NCBI GenBank assembly: GCA_040881785.1
Contig: JBBECO010000221.1
Coordinates: forward strand, 1,865-65,864
Direction of reading: 5' to 3'
Source of the DNA: Vicinamibacterales bacterium
GTDB lineage: Bacteria > Acidobacteriota > Vicinamibacteria > Vicinamibacterales > 2-12-FULL-66-21
DNA length: 64,000 bases
In this document: positions 43,389-53,000 of the stretch, piece by piece
How positions within the stretch are numbered: the stretch's first letter is position 1
How the letters are laid out: each line of letters starts with the position of its first letter
Notes under the pieces: model-generated
The model's input: the letters and a program-made list of their open reading frames with translations, nothing else
Told to the model about the DNA's origin: nothing
The model's database searches: none
Program-made: the position numbers and the translations under genes

Positions 43389-44366
43389 TTACGACGATTC
43401 GGAAGCCTTCTGCTTCTTCCTCAATGCCCTCCGTGCGGCCCAGTACTTCTTCATGCGCGCTGACACCGCTCGTCGCTTCGCCGCTGTCATGAACGGTTTC
43501 CCAGCGCGGAGTTTGCGTGCGGGCTTTCTCAGTTTCGCCGGCCCGGCACACGTCGTCCGCTTGAACGCTTCTTCCGAGTTCAGCCCAGTCGACCCCTTCG
43601 TGGTGATCTTGCTCGCTGCGGTGCGTTTTGACGATGTTGCCGGAGCCATCTCGATGCCGAATATCCCCGAGAGATCATCACTGTCGAGCACCTTCGCGCC
43701 GGTTGGCCCCTTGTGCGTCTTCGGGAGATCGGCTCCGGCCTTCGCAAGCAAGTCCTGCTGATCGACCTTGCGGAGCGTGAACAGCAACTCAGGCTGATGG
43801 TCTAGCCGCGCGCCGATGCCGTACAGCACGGCGGCCACGTGCTTGCACATCGATGCCCAGTCCGGACAACTGCACGTGAAAGTGATTTCCTTCGGTGACG
43901 GAAACAGCCCCGTCTTCTCCTCGCAGAGACGCGTCATGACGCCCTTCGAGAAGCGCCCCTGAAGCAACTCGACCAACGAGTCGATGGCGCCCGCGCAATC
44001 CTTGCAGATCGCGCTCCAGCGTGTTCGCGGCACCGGCGCAACCGTCACCTTCACGTCGTACATCGTCGACCCGCTGACGAGCGCTGTGACGCTGCCCGGC
44101 GCGACCTGCAGATCGACCACCGATCCATTGCGCACGTAGCTCCTGCCGCGCGGCAGCCGATTCGCGAAGTCGCTGTAGCGTTCGAGATTGCCGCACCACG
44201 CTTCGCCCCAGAACGTCTCGGCGATCGTGCGGCCCTCAATCACGACCGGCGATGTCTGACGACCCTTCTTCTTGAGCTTCGCCAGTTCGCGCGCCGCCTG
44301 AGCCCGCCGGGCGCCGACGGAGACGTAGGGCCTGAAGCCGTAGTAGTCGTAGTAAGCCATCCTCAC
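43389..44366 (-). CDS. SWIM zinc-finger protein
   Basis: FTCSCPDWASMCKHVAAVLYG is the CxCx(n)CxH SWIM motif. The basic C-terminal tail is KRRAVSARMKKYWAARRA. The start overlaps the SNF2 stop by 4 nt. Confidence 0.85.
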   Translation of the reverse strand: MRMAYYDYYGFRPYVSVGARRAQAARELAKLKKKGRQTSPVVIEGRTIAETFWGEAWCGNLERYSDFANRLPRGRSYVRNGSVVDLQVAPGSVTALVSGSTMYDVKVTVAPVPRTRWSAICKDCAGAIDSLVELLQGRFSKGVMTRLCEEKTGLFPSPKEITFTCSCPDWASMCKHVAAVLYGIGARLDHQPELLFTLRKVDQQDLLAKAGADLPKTHKGPTGAKVLDSDDLSGIFGIEMAPATSSKRTAASKITTKGSTGLNSEEAFKRTTCAGPAKLRKPARKLRAGKPFMTAAKRRAVSARMKKYWAARRALRKKQKASESS

Positions 44367-47053
44367 TCCTCGGACGCGGTGTGGAGATCCAGCGCGACGA
44401 GCTTCAACAAATCATCGTCTTTCATCTCGGTCAACAGCATGTCGGCACCGCCTTCAAGGAGATCTTCGGAGAGGCGGCGCTTGGAGTCAATGAGCTGGTC
44501 GATCCGCTCCTCAACCGTCCCGCGGCAGACGAACTTGTGCACGAGCACGTTCTTGGTCTGGCCGATGCGAAACGCGCGGTCTGTGGCCTGATTTTCGACG
44601 GCCGGATTCCACCAGCGGTCGAAGTGCACGACGTGTGAGGCGGCGGTGAGGTTGAGCCCCGCGCCCCCGGCCTTGAGCGAGACGACGAAGAACGGCACGC
44701 GCTCGTCTTCCTGGAACTCGGTCACCAACGACTGTCGCGTGCGGACCGGTGTCCCACCGTGGAGAACGAGGCCCGGGCGGCCGAAGACGGTTCCGAGAAA
44801 GGCAGCCAGGGGCGCGGTCATCTCGCGGAACTGCGTGAAGACGAGCACTTTCTCCTGCCTGGCCGCGATGACCTCCGCGATTTCGCGCAGTCGGGCCAGC
44901 TTGCCGCTGTCGGCCTCGCTCCACGAGCCGTCACCCAGCCACTGCGAGGGGTGATTGCAGATCTGCTTGAGCCGCATCAGCGACGCGAGCACGACGCCCC
45001 GACGCTTCATCCCATCGGCCTCGTCGAGCTCGGCCGCCAGGTCGGTCACCGACTGCTGATAGAGCGCCGCTTGCTTGCGCGTCAGTTGGCAGAACGCTCT
45101 GAGCTCGGTCTTGTCCGGCAGATCCGCGATGACGGACTTGTCGGTCTTGAGGCGCCGCAGGATGTACGGACGCACCAGCGCGCGAAGCGGTGCGTACGGG
45201 TTGTGCGGTTGCGCCGAGAGGCGTTTTGTGAATGTCGAGAAGGCTTTCCCGGATCCCAGGAGGCCGGGGTTGATGAAGTCGAAGATCGACCACAGATCGC
45301 CAAGGCGGTTCTCTACAGGCGTTCCGCTGAGCGCCATGCGCGCCTGCGCATCGATCTGCTTGGCGGCCCGCGTCTGTTTCGCGCCAGGTGTCTTGATCGC
45401 CTGCGCTTCGTCCAGGATGGCGAGGCGCCACGGCATGGCGAGCAATGCGGGCACGCGCAGGAGCGATCCGTAGCTGGTGATGACCAGGTCGACGGTGGCG
45501 ATGCGGTCGCGATCGAGCGTCTTCAATTCGGCGGTGGTCATTGCTGAGGGGTGCACGACGATCGCCGTGAGGGTCGGCGCGAAGCGTTCGATCTCGGCGG
45601 TCCAATTCGCCAGCAGCGACGCCGGCGCGACCAGAAGGCTCGTGCGCCGCGTCTCATCAGGGGCCGCTCGCGTTCGCAGCACCAGCAGCAGCGCCAGCAC
45701 CTGCATCGTCTTGCCCAGCCCCATGTCGTCGGCGAGGCACGCGCCCAGCCCGAGGCTGGACAGCAGGTGCAGCCAGCGCACGCCGGCCTGCTGATAGGGT
45801 CGTAGCGTCGCCTTCAGCGCGGCGCCAGGATCCAGTTGCGCCAGTTGATCCGGATCGCGAAGGCCGGCGAGCGTCTTTGCCAGCCACGGCCCGGCGACGA
45901 CGTGTGACCAGTCGGGAGCGCTGTCGGCGACGGTATCGCCCGGCACGTGGGCGCCAGAGACGAGGCGCATCGCTTCCCCGAAGGACAGGCCGCCCTTCGC
46001 CGCGGCCGCTTCCACGGCTCGGAACTCGTCGAGCATCCGGCCGAGTTTCTCGCGGTCGACTTCGACCCACCGTCCGCGCACCAGGTGCAGGCCGTTTGAC
46101 GCGGCGAGCAGCTGCTCAATCTCCGCCTCGGTCAGCGGTTCGCCGTCCAGGGTGACGCCCATCTTGAAGTCGAGCAATGCGTCCTTGCCGAGGCCTGAAG
46201 GCGCCTTGCCTCCGACGGTGCCGGTGACTTGCGGACGGGGCGGGCGATTCGCCCGCCATGCGGTCGGCACGCGCACGATGACCCCCGCAGACTCGAGGCG
46301 GGGGACATCGGTCAGGAGTTGAAACGCCTCGGTAGGTGTCCACCGGAGCGGGTGATAGATCTCGCCCGCGTCGACCATCGTCTTCAGCCAGGGACACTCG
46401 GCGGCGGCGCGCTGGACGGGCAGGAGCAGCGAGAGCAGCCGTGACTTGTTGGCAGCGCCTGCGTATTCGCTCAGTGCGCGGCCGAGCGGCAGGTGCTGCG
46501 CCTGGGCGCGCGCTGACAGTTGTGGCGTGTAGGTCGCCAGAAACGCGAACGGCGCCTCATCGTCTTTGCGGTTCTCAGCGAGGTTGAAGTGGACGCGGCC
46601 GACGAGATGCCACGCCGGGTTTTTGTGCTGCAGAAAGGCCTGAACCGACGTCTTCGACTCGGCGAGCTCGGATCGAAACGCTTCGGCGATTTCAGTCCAG
46701 AGCGTTTCGAGGACCGAGGCCGTCAAGTACTCGGCGCCGTCCATCGGCGGCGCGGCCGCGGCGAGCGCCTCGAGCTCGCCGAGAGGGGGCGCTGGTATTG
46801 GCGCGTGGTCCGCATCGAGATCGGGGTGCGTGCAGATGGTCGTCACGAACCGCGCGGCGAAGTCGCGCCAGTAACTGACGCCTGCCGGAAGCGCGGTCCC
46901 GATCTCGCCAGCGCCGAGTTCGAGCAACCCGTGACCCGAGCCACGAGCGAACGCGCCTTCGAGCGTGCGCCACAGGGCGGCCGGCGGTTGGGGTGCGTCT
47001 TCTGCGCCAGTCCACAGCAGGTGGCCGCGCGGGGTGAGTGCGAGCGACGGCAC
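44363..47053 (-). CDS. SNF2-family helicase/ATPase
   Basis: 896 aa with LRPYQQAGVRWL, LADDMGLGKTMQ, ILDEAQAIKT and helicase-C motifs (LVFTQF, SLKAGGAGLNLTAASHVVHFDRWWNP, QATDRAFRIGQ). Confidence 0.9.
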   Translation of the reverse strand: MPSLALTPRGHLLWTGAEDAPQPPAALWRTLEGAFARGSGHGLLELGAGEIGTALPAGVSYWRDFAARFVTTICTHPDLDADHAPIPAPPLGELEALAAAAPPMDGAEYLTASVLETLWTEIAEAFRSELAESKTSVQAFLQHKNPAWHLVGRVHFNLAENRKDDEAPFAFLATYTPQLSARAQAQHLPLGRALSEYAGAANKSRLLSLLLPVQRAAAECPWLKTMVDAGEIYHPLRWTPTEAFQLLTDVPRLESAGVIVRVPTAWRANRPPRPQVTGTVGGKAPSGLGKDALLDFKMGVTLDGEPLTEAEIEQLLAASNGLHLVRGRWVEVDREKLGRMLDEFRAVEAAAAKGGLSFGEAMRLVSGAHVPGDTVADSAPDWSHVVAGPWLAKTLAGLRDPDQLAQLDPGAALKATLRPYQQAGVRWLHLLSSLGLGACLADDMGLGKTMQVLALLLVLRTRAAPDETRRTSLLVAPASLLANWTAEIERFAPTLTAIVVHPSAMTTAELKTLDRDRIATVDLVITSYGSLLRVPALLAMPWRLAILDEAQAIKTPGAKQTRAAKQIDAQARMALSGTPVENRLGDLWSIFDFINPGLLGSGKAFSTFTKRLSAQPHNPYAPLRALVRPYILRRLKTDKSVIADLPDKTELRAFCQLTRKQAALYQQSVTDLAAELDEADGMKRRGVVLASLMRLKQICNHPSQWLGDGSWSEADSGKLARLREIAEVIAARQEKVLVFTQFREMTAPLAAFLGTVFGRPGLVLHGGTPVRTRQSLVTEFQEDERVPFFVVSLKAGGAGLNLTAASHVVHFDRWWNPAVENQATDRAFRIGQTKNVLVHKFVCRGTVEERIDQLIDSKRRLSEDLLEGGADMLLTEMKDDDLLKLVALDLHTASEE

Positions 47054-47079
47054 GGGGATGGTCTCGCCTGACCCGATTG

Positions 47080-47433
47080 CTATGGGTTCGGCGTCGGAGG
47101 GAGCAGAGTATCAAGCTGGCCGATCAGCTCAGGAATCCGCCGGGTCGCAACCAGCCAGATGCGGTCTTGGCTGATCTCTCCGTAGTCATGGGCCAGCACG
47201 TTACGCTGCGAGATAATCTGTTGCCAAGGAATCTCCGAATGCTGCGCTTTGAAGGCCGGAGACACCAGGCGTGCCGCCTCACCGATGATCTCAACAGCAC
47301 GTTCGACCGCCAGCTGCAGCTTGCGGTCGCGAAGATATTCATCAAGCGCGACGCCGGCCGTGAAATCGCGAATGGTGCGCGCCGCGTCGAGCATGTCCCA
47401 TACGCAGCCGGCGTCGCGGTCCTCAGGCCGCAT
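47080..47433 (-). CDS. hepT: HepT-like (DUF86) ribonuclease toxin
   Basis: 117 aa with the Rx4HxY motif in SQRNVLAHDYGEI. It overlaps the upstream MntA gene by 11 nt. Confidence 0.85.
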   Translation of the reverse strand: MRPEDRDAGCVWDMLDAARTIRDFTAGVALDEYLRDRKLQLAVERAVEIIGEAARLVSPAFKAQHSEIPWQQIISQRNVLAHDYGEISQDRIWLVATRRIPELIGQLDTLLPPTPNP

Positions 47434-47728
47434 ACAGGACCTGTTTGGATTTCAGAATCGCGGCGCGCCGATACGGGTTCCGCAAGCCAGCCTCCTCGAC
47501 GAGATCCACAGATCGTCCGAGGAGAGCGGCCAGCTCTTCCCGCATCGTCACCAAATCAAAGAGGCTCCATCCTGCGCCCACTTCAAATGACACGAGGACG
47601 TCGATGTCGCTGTCTGGGCGAAAGTCCTCCCGCACGACCGATCCAAATAACGACATTTCGGCGATCTTCCACCGGCGGCAGAATCCCGCGATGCGGTCGT
47701 TCGAAACAGTCAGATGCGGGTTCGCCAC
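47423..47728 (-). CDS. mntA: MntA-like nucleotidyltransferase antitoxin
   Basis: LFGSVVREDFRPDSDIDVLVSF is the GSx(n)DxD minimal nucleotidyltransferase motif. A GTG at 47728 follows GAGGA; the ORF is open up to 47857. Confidence 0.8.
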   Translation of the reverse strand: MANPHLTVSNDRIAGFCRRWKIAEMSLFGSVVREDFRPDSDIDVLVSFEVGAGWSLFDLVTMREELAALLGRSVDLVEEAGLRNPYRRAAILKSKQVLYAA

Positions 47729-48042
47729 AGGTTCCTCGCTTCGTATTCTGGCACAGCTCGAGCGGACTGTGTCGGCGCGACGTCGCATCCCCAAATCGCC
47801 TCCGTCGCGCTGGAGCTTCGGAGTCGATCGGCAGGAGTTTCCACGAAGGAACCTCACAAAGATGCCTGCGGAAACGCGCTCCGGCGAGTGACACTTCGAG
47901 TGTCATCGCACTGGCAAAGCCCGAAAACGGAAGCAAACGGATGAAGGCCGGCGAAAGAGTCCGAAAACGCCAAATCGCTGGCGTCGAGAGACTTGTGCCA
48001 AAAAGGCCAGTCTTTGTTGGATCTTCTCGATGCGTGTTCATG

Positions 48043-48063
48043 GAATCCCTCTCTCTCCGCCAG
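48043..48063. repeat. 21-bp direct repeat copy 2 (attR-like tRNA-Ser 3' fragment)
   Basis: GAATCCCTCTCTCTCCGCCAG is identical to 43092-43112. Confidence 0.85.
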
Positions 48064-48099
48064 CCTTCGCTCGCGCTGCGCGCGAGCTTCGGCTAGGCA

Positions 48100-48157
48100 G
48101 GCTGCAGAACGGCTAGCGGGCTGCAGAACCGCTGGGCCGGCTGCAGAACCGCTTGCG
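48100..48157. repeat. three tandem units of about 19-20 bp (GGCTGCAGAACSGCT...), followed by a short GGACCCYTC tandem at about 48199-48225
   Basis: ggctgcagaacggctagcg / ggctgcagaaccgctgggcc / ggctgcagaaccgcttgcg, read directly. Located between the attR-like repeat and the stop of the FGE-like gene. Confidence 0.7.
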
Positions 48158-48223
48158 GCTTCGGTTGGCAGGCCGCGTGAAGCGAGCGGTCGCGAACTCG
48201 GACCCTTCGGACCCCTCGGACCC

Positions 48224-48922
48224 TCAGCCTCGAGCCACTCTGAACCCGTAATCGGTGTAGCGGAAGGACGGATCGATGCGGCTGCGCGCCGCGCACCGGC
48301 TGATGGTCACCGCGTGCCGCCACGAACCGCCTCGCGACGCGCGCCGCACGCCGACGTCCGGCCCGGACGGCTGGTGCGTCGGGGAATCGCGGTAGTAGTC
48401 GGCCCCGTACCAGTCCGCGCACCACTCGTGCACGTTGGCGGCGATGCCGAAGAGGCCGAACGGATTCGGCTCGCCGAGCGTCACGGGCCATGGCCCTTCG
48501 AGCGGTCCACGCCCGCCGTCAGGGATCCACGCCGGGATCGCATCCCCCCAGGGATAACGACGCCCCTCGACACCGCCCCGCGCCGCGCGCTCCCACTCCG
48601 CCTCGCTTGGCAGTCGCTCGACCGCGCCCTCGGACTCACGCCAGCGGCAGTACGCCTGGCAATCGAACCAGCTCACGCCGACGACAGGACGCTCGGGAAT
48701 AGTCGAGAAGATCTGCCAGTCCCGCGGAGCGTCGTGGCCCGTCGCCCGCAGGAACCGCGCGTAGGCGCGGCACGTGACGGGGTACACGGCGAGCTCGAAG
48801 GCGTCGATCCACACGTCGTGCACCGGTCGCTCGTCATCCGCGCCGTCGTCGCTGCCCATCTGAAACGAGCCCTCGGGGATGCGGACGAAGGCTTCATCCG
48901 GTGCGATCAGGTGGTCAGTCAC
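48224..48922 (-). CDS. formylglycine-generating enzyme (SUMF1/EgtB/PvdO) family protein
   Basis: FVRIPEGSFQMGSDDG...ERPVHDVWIDAFELAVYPVT, NVHEWCADWY and RASRGGSWRH. Confidence 0.85.
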   Translation of the reverse strand: MTDHLIAPDEAFVRIPEGSFQMGSDDGADDERPVHDVWIDAFELAVYPVTCRAYARFLRATGHDAPRDWQIFSTIPERPVVGVSWFDCQAYCRWRESEGAVERLPSEAEWERAARGGVEGRRYPWGDAIPAWIPDGGRGPLEGPWPVTLGEPNPFGLFGIAANVHEWCADWYGADYYRDSPTHQPSGPDVGVRRASRGGSWRHAVTISRCAARSRIDPSFRYTDYGFRVARG

Positions 48923-49031
48923 TCCCGCCTATGATCCCCCGGAACCCCATTCCTGCCCGTTGGACTACAGGTCTCGATTGCTCTACTGTGGGGATTGGGA
49001 CGGCCGCCTGGCCCGAAGCACAGGAGGTTCC

Positions 49032-49559
49032 ATGTTGTTCTCGGAACGCAGCATCTGGACGATGCTGCACGGCATCGGATTGGGTGGCGGAGCCCTCATC
49101 GCTCTGGCTGCCGCGGTCTTCTACCTCTATGCCGCGCGCCCGTCCGACCGCGCAGCCGCCCCGCCCGGATCCGGAGCGCTTGCGGGCGCAACGGTGCTGA
49201 GCGCCGCGCTGCTCTGGCTCACCGTGATCGTGGGTACCTATGTCATCTTCCCGCCGTACCGCGCCGCGCCTCCGCCTGGCGCGACCGATCTGAGCGAATT
49301 CCCTCGCGCGCTGATCCTGGCGAGCCCGAGTACGGCGTGGCTGCACGCCTTTGCGATGGAGAGCAAGGAGCACATCCCCTGGATCGCGTCGATGCTGACG
49401 ACGGCGGTGGCATTCGTCGCCGTCCGCTACAGGGCGACGGTGCTCCAGAACCCCTCGTTGCGGCGGCTGTCGACGGTGCTGCTGACGATCTCGTTCGTGC
49501 TGGTCGCGTTCGTGTCGTTGATGGGTGTGTTCGTCAACAAGGTGGCCCCCTTGGACTAG
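49032..49559 (+). CDS. hypothetical integral membrane protein (4-5 TM)
   Basis: The ATG at 49032 is preceded by AGGAGG. There are several long hydrophobic segments. Confidence 0.55.
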   Translation: MLFSERSIWTMLHGIGLGGGALIALAAAVFYLYAARPSDRAAAPPGSGALAGATVLSAALLWLTVIVGTYVIFPPYRAAPPPGATDLSEFPRALILASPSTAWLHAFAMESKEHIPWIASMLTTAVAFVAVRYRATVLQNPSLRRLSTVLLTISFVLVAFVSLMGVFVNKVAPLD

Positions 49560-49574
49560 GCGAGGCGGAGGTTC

Positions 49575-49913
49575 ATGATGGCGACGACTTCTCCACCGAT
49601 GGCATCGCGCGACGTCAACGGCAGCGCCATGGCCGCCCTTCTGGGCGGGGGCATCGGCGCATTTGCGATGGGCGCGTTTGTACTCCTCAACGAGGCCGGC
49701 ATCTTCTCCGCTCCTGCGTTGTATGCCCCGGCTGGTGGCGTATCGGGGCGAACGACGCTGGCGACGATCGTCTGGCTGATCGCCTGGGCCGTGCTCCACC
49801 ATCGCTGGAAGGCCCGGGAGATCGCGCCGGGCCGCATCAGTGCGGTGACGCTGATCTTGATAGCGGTCGGCTTGCTCGGGACCCTTCCGCCCGTCTGGGC
49901 GCTGCTGAAGTGA
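49575..49913 (+). CDS. hypothetical membrane protein (3 TM)
   Basis: 112-aa ORF with hydrophobic segments, lying 15 nt after the previous membrane-protein gene. Confidence 0.45.
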   Translation: MMATTSPPMASRDVNGSAMAALLGGGIGAFAMGAFVLLNEAGIFSAPALYAPAGGVSGRTTLATIVWLIAWAVLHHRWKAREIAPGRISAVTLILIAVGLLGTLPPVWALLK

Positions 49914-50086
49914 CCGCCTTCGAGCAGCGCTGTATGCCGCGCTTCCTCGTCCGTGAGGGCTCATCGTAACGACGGTGAGAGAGGTCCGTCACGAGACACC
50001 TTGGTTGCGGCCGCGGTCTGACTCATCCGTGCAGCCGCTCGTGCCGATCCCGAAACCTGACAAGATGGGACGGTTGACGGCGACCC

Positions 50087-53000
50087 ATGATGACACGGCC
50101 TGAGCACGCGGCGGTTCTTTCGGGCGGCGGCGAGATGGGCGCGCTCATGCGCTCCATCGACTGGTCCAAGACGGCCGTCGGTCCGGTCCACACGTGGCCC
50201 CAGAGCCTCCGCACGGCCCTCAGCATCCTCCTCGAGACCGGCTTCCCGATGTACATCGCGTGGGGCCGCGAGTTCACGCAGTTCTACAACGACGGGTATC
50301 GCCCCATCCTGGGCTCCACGAAGCATCCGATGGCGATGGGGATCGGCACGCGCGAGACCTTCGCCGAGATCTGGGACATCATCGGGCCGATGTTCGACGG
50401 CGTCATGGAGGGGCGGCCGACCACGCTGGTGGACTTCCTGCTGCCGCTCGACCGGCACGGCTTCACCGAGGAGTGCTACTTCATCTTCTCCTACAGCCCC
50501 ATCCGCGAAGAGAGCGGACGCGTCGGCGGCGTGCTGGTCACCGTCACCGAGACGACGCCGCGCGTCCTCAGCGAGCGCCGCCTCGAGACGACGCAGGCGC
50601 TGGCGGCCGAAACGCGGACCGCGCGCACCGTCCTGGAGGCCTGCGAGATCGCCGGCCGCGTGCTCGCGGGCAACGCCGAAGACCTTCCCTTCAGCCGCAT
50701 CTACGTGTTCGCCGACGACGGCGGCACGGCGGTGCTGATGGCGGCCTGCGGCGAAGGACCCCCGGCGTTTGCGCTTCCGGAGGCCCTGCCGGTGCAGGCG
50801 GAGCCGCTCGCGCGGATCCTCGCGTCGGGACGCATGGAGATCCTCGACGACTCACGCCGCATCGTCGCGCTGCCGATCGTCACGCAGGGTGCCGGGCGCC
50901 CGGTGGGCCTGCTCGTGACGGGCACCAGTCCCCGGCTCGTTCTCGACGACGGGTACCAGGGGTTTCTGTGGCTGGTCGCCTCGCAGATCGGCACCGCCAT
51001 CGCGGGGGCGCAGGCCCTCGAAAGCGCGCAGGCGCGCGTCCATGCGCTGGCCGAGCTCGATCGAGCCAAGACGGCCTTCTTCAGCAACGTGAGTCACGAG
51101 TTCCGCACGCCGCTCACGCTGATGCTCGGGCCGACCGAAGAGGCGCTCGCTTCACCCGAGGGGGCGCTGCGCGGCGAGGACCTCGAGACGGTTCACCGCA
51201 ATCAGGTTCGGCTGCTGAAGCTGGTGAACACGCTGCTCGACTTCTCGCGTTTCGAGGCGGGACGCGCCAACGCCGCCTTCGAGCCCCTCGACCTCGCGCG
51301 GCTCACGGCGGATCTCGCCAGCGCGTTCCGGTCCACGACCGAGCGCGCGGGCCTGCGCCTCGTCATCGACTGCCCCCCGCTCGACGAGCCCGTCTACGTG
51401 GACCGGGAGATGTGGGAGAAGATCGTCCTCAACCTGCTCTCGAACGCCTTCAAGTTCACCTTTCACGGCTCGATCACGGTCGTGCTGGCGTGCGACGACG
51501 GGCACGTCGAACTGCGGGTGTGCGACACCGGCGTGGGCATTCCCTCCGACGAGCTCGATCATGTCTTCGACCGCTTTCATCGGATCGAGGGGACGGTGGC
51601 GCGCACGCACGAGGGATCGGGCATCGGCCTCGCGCTCGTCCGGGAGCTGGTGGCGCTCCACGGCGGCACGATCAGCGCGTCCAGCGTGGTCGGACAGGGC
51701 TCGGTCTTCTCGGTGCGGCTCCCGCTCGGTTCGGCGCACCTGCCGGCGGAGCACGTCGGGCCGGCGGCGTCCGGAGCGGGAGCATCCGTGCCAGGCGCCG
51801 ATCGTGCGACACCCTACGTGACCGAAGCGCTGCGGTGGCTGCCCGACCAGCAGCCCCTCGAGGAGAGGCCGGCCATACGCAATCCCGAGGCGCCGAGGGT
51901 TCTGGTGGCCGACGACAACGCCGACATGCGCGACTACCTCGCGCGCCTGCTCGGGGACCGATTCGACGTCGAGACCGTGGCGGACGGTCTGGCTGCGCTC
52001 GCGTCGGTGGAACGGCGCCGCCCCGACGTCGTCGTCAGCGACGTGATGATGCCGGGTCTGGACGGCTTCCAGCTGGTCTCGGCGCTGCGCGGCGGCGAGG
52101 GCACGCAGGCGGTCCCGATCATCCTGCTGTCGGCGCGTGCCGGAGAAGAAGCACGCATCGACGGTCTGAACGCCGGCGCCGACGATTACCTCGTCAAGCC
52201 GTTCTCGGCCCGGGAGCTGATCGCGCGCGTCGATGCGCAGGTCGTCCGCGCGCGGCTGCGGTCGATCGAGGACGCGCACGCGGTCCGGCTCGCGAGCGTC
52301 TTCCAGCACGCGCCGGTGGGCGTGGCGATCCTCCGCGGACCGGACCATGTCTTCGAGTTCGCGAATCACGAGTATCTGGGTATCGTCGCGCGACGCGACG
52401 TCGTCGGGAAACCCGTGCGGCAGGCACTACCGGAGTACGAGGGCCAGAGTATCTTCGAGATCCTCGATCAGGTGTACGCCTCGGCCGAACCGATGGTCAT
52501 CCACTCCATGCGCGCCCAGATGCGGCGCTGGGGCGAGGACGTGGAGGAGGCGTTTTTCGACGTGTCCTGCCAGCCCCTGCTCGACGAGGGGTGCCGCGCC
52601 ACGGGCATCGCGGTCGTCGTCGTGGACGTGTCGGCGCTGACACGGGCGCGGCGGGAAGCCGAATCGGCCAACCGCGCGAAAGACGAGTTCCTCGCCATGC
52701 TCGGCCACGAGCTGCGGAACCCCCTGGCCCCGATCCTGACCGCGCTGCAGCTGATGCGGCTGCGCCATCTCTCCGGCGGGGAGCGCGAGCGCGAGATCAT
52801 CGAGCGCCAGGTGAGGCACGTGGTGTCGCTCGTGGACGATCTGCTGGACGTCTCGCGGATCACGCGCGGCACGGTGCAGTTGAAACGCACCCGCGTGGAT
52901 CTGGCCGACGTGGTCGCCAAGGCCATCGAGATGACGAGCCCGGCGATCGAAGAGCGGCGGCACCAGTTGAACGTGCAGGTGCCGCGCGGTCTCGAGGTGC

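Larger units (their letters stand above)
43112..48063. mobile_element. integrase-less tRNA-Ser-associated genomic islet (about 4.95 kb) carrying MntA/HepT and SNF2 + SWIM genes
   Basis: Bounded by the tRNA 3' end and a perfect 21-bp repeat of it. GC is visibly lower just downstream of the tRNA. All four cargo genes are on the minus strand. No integrase or recombinase ORF was found. Confidence 0.5.

Noticed and set aside
43112-48043. Integrase or excisionase within the tRNA-Ser islet
   Set aside because: I read all ORFs of 60 aa or more on both strands. None shows tyrosine-recombinase (R..HxxR..Y) or serine-recombinase features. The ORFs at 43222-43551 and 47583-48041 have non-coding-like composition.
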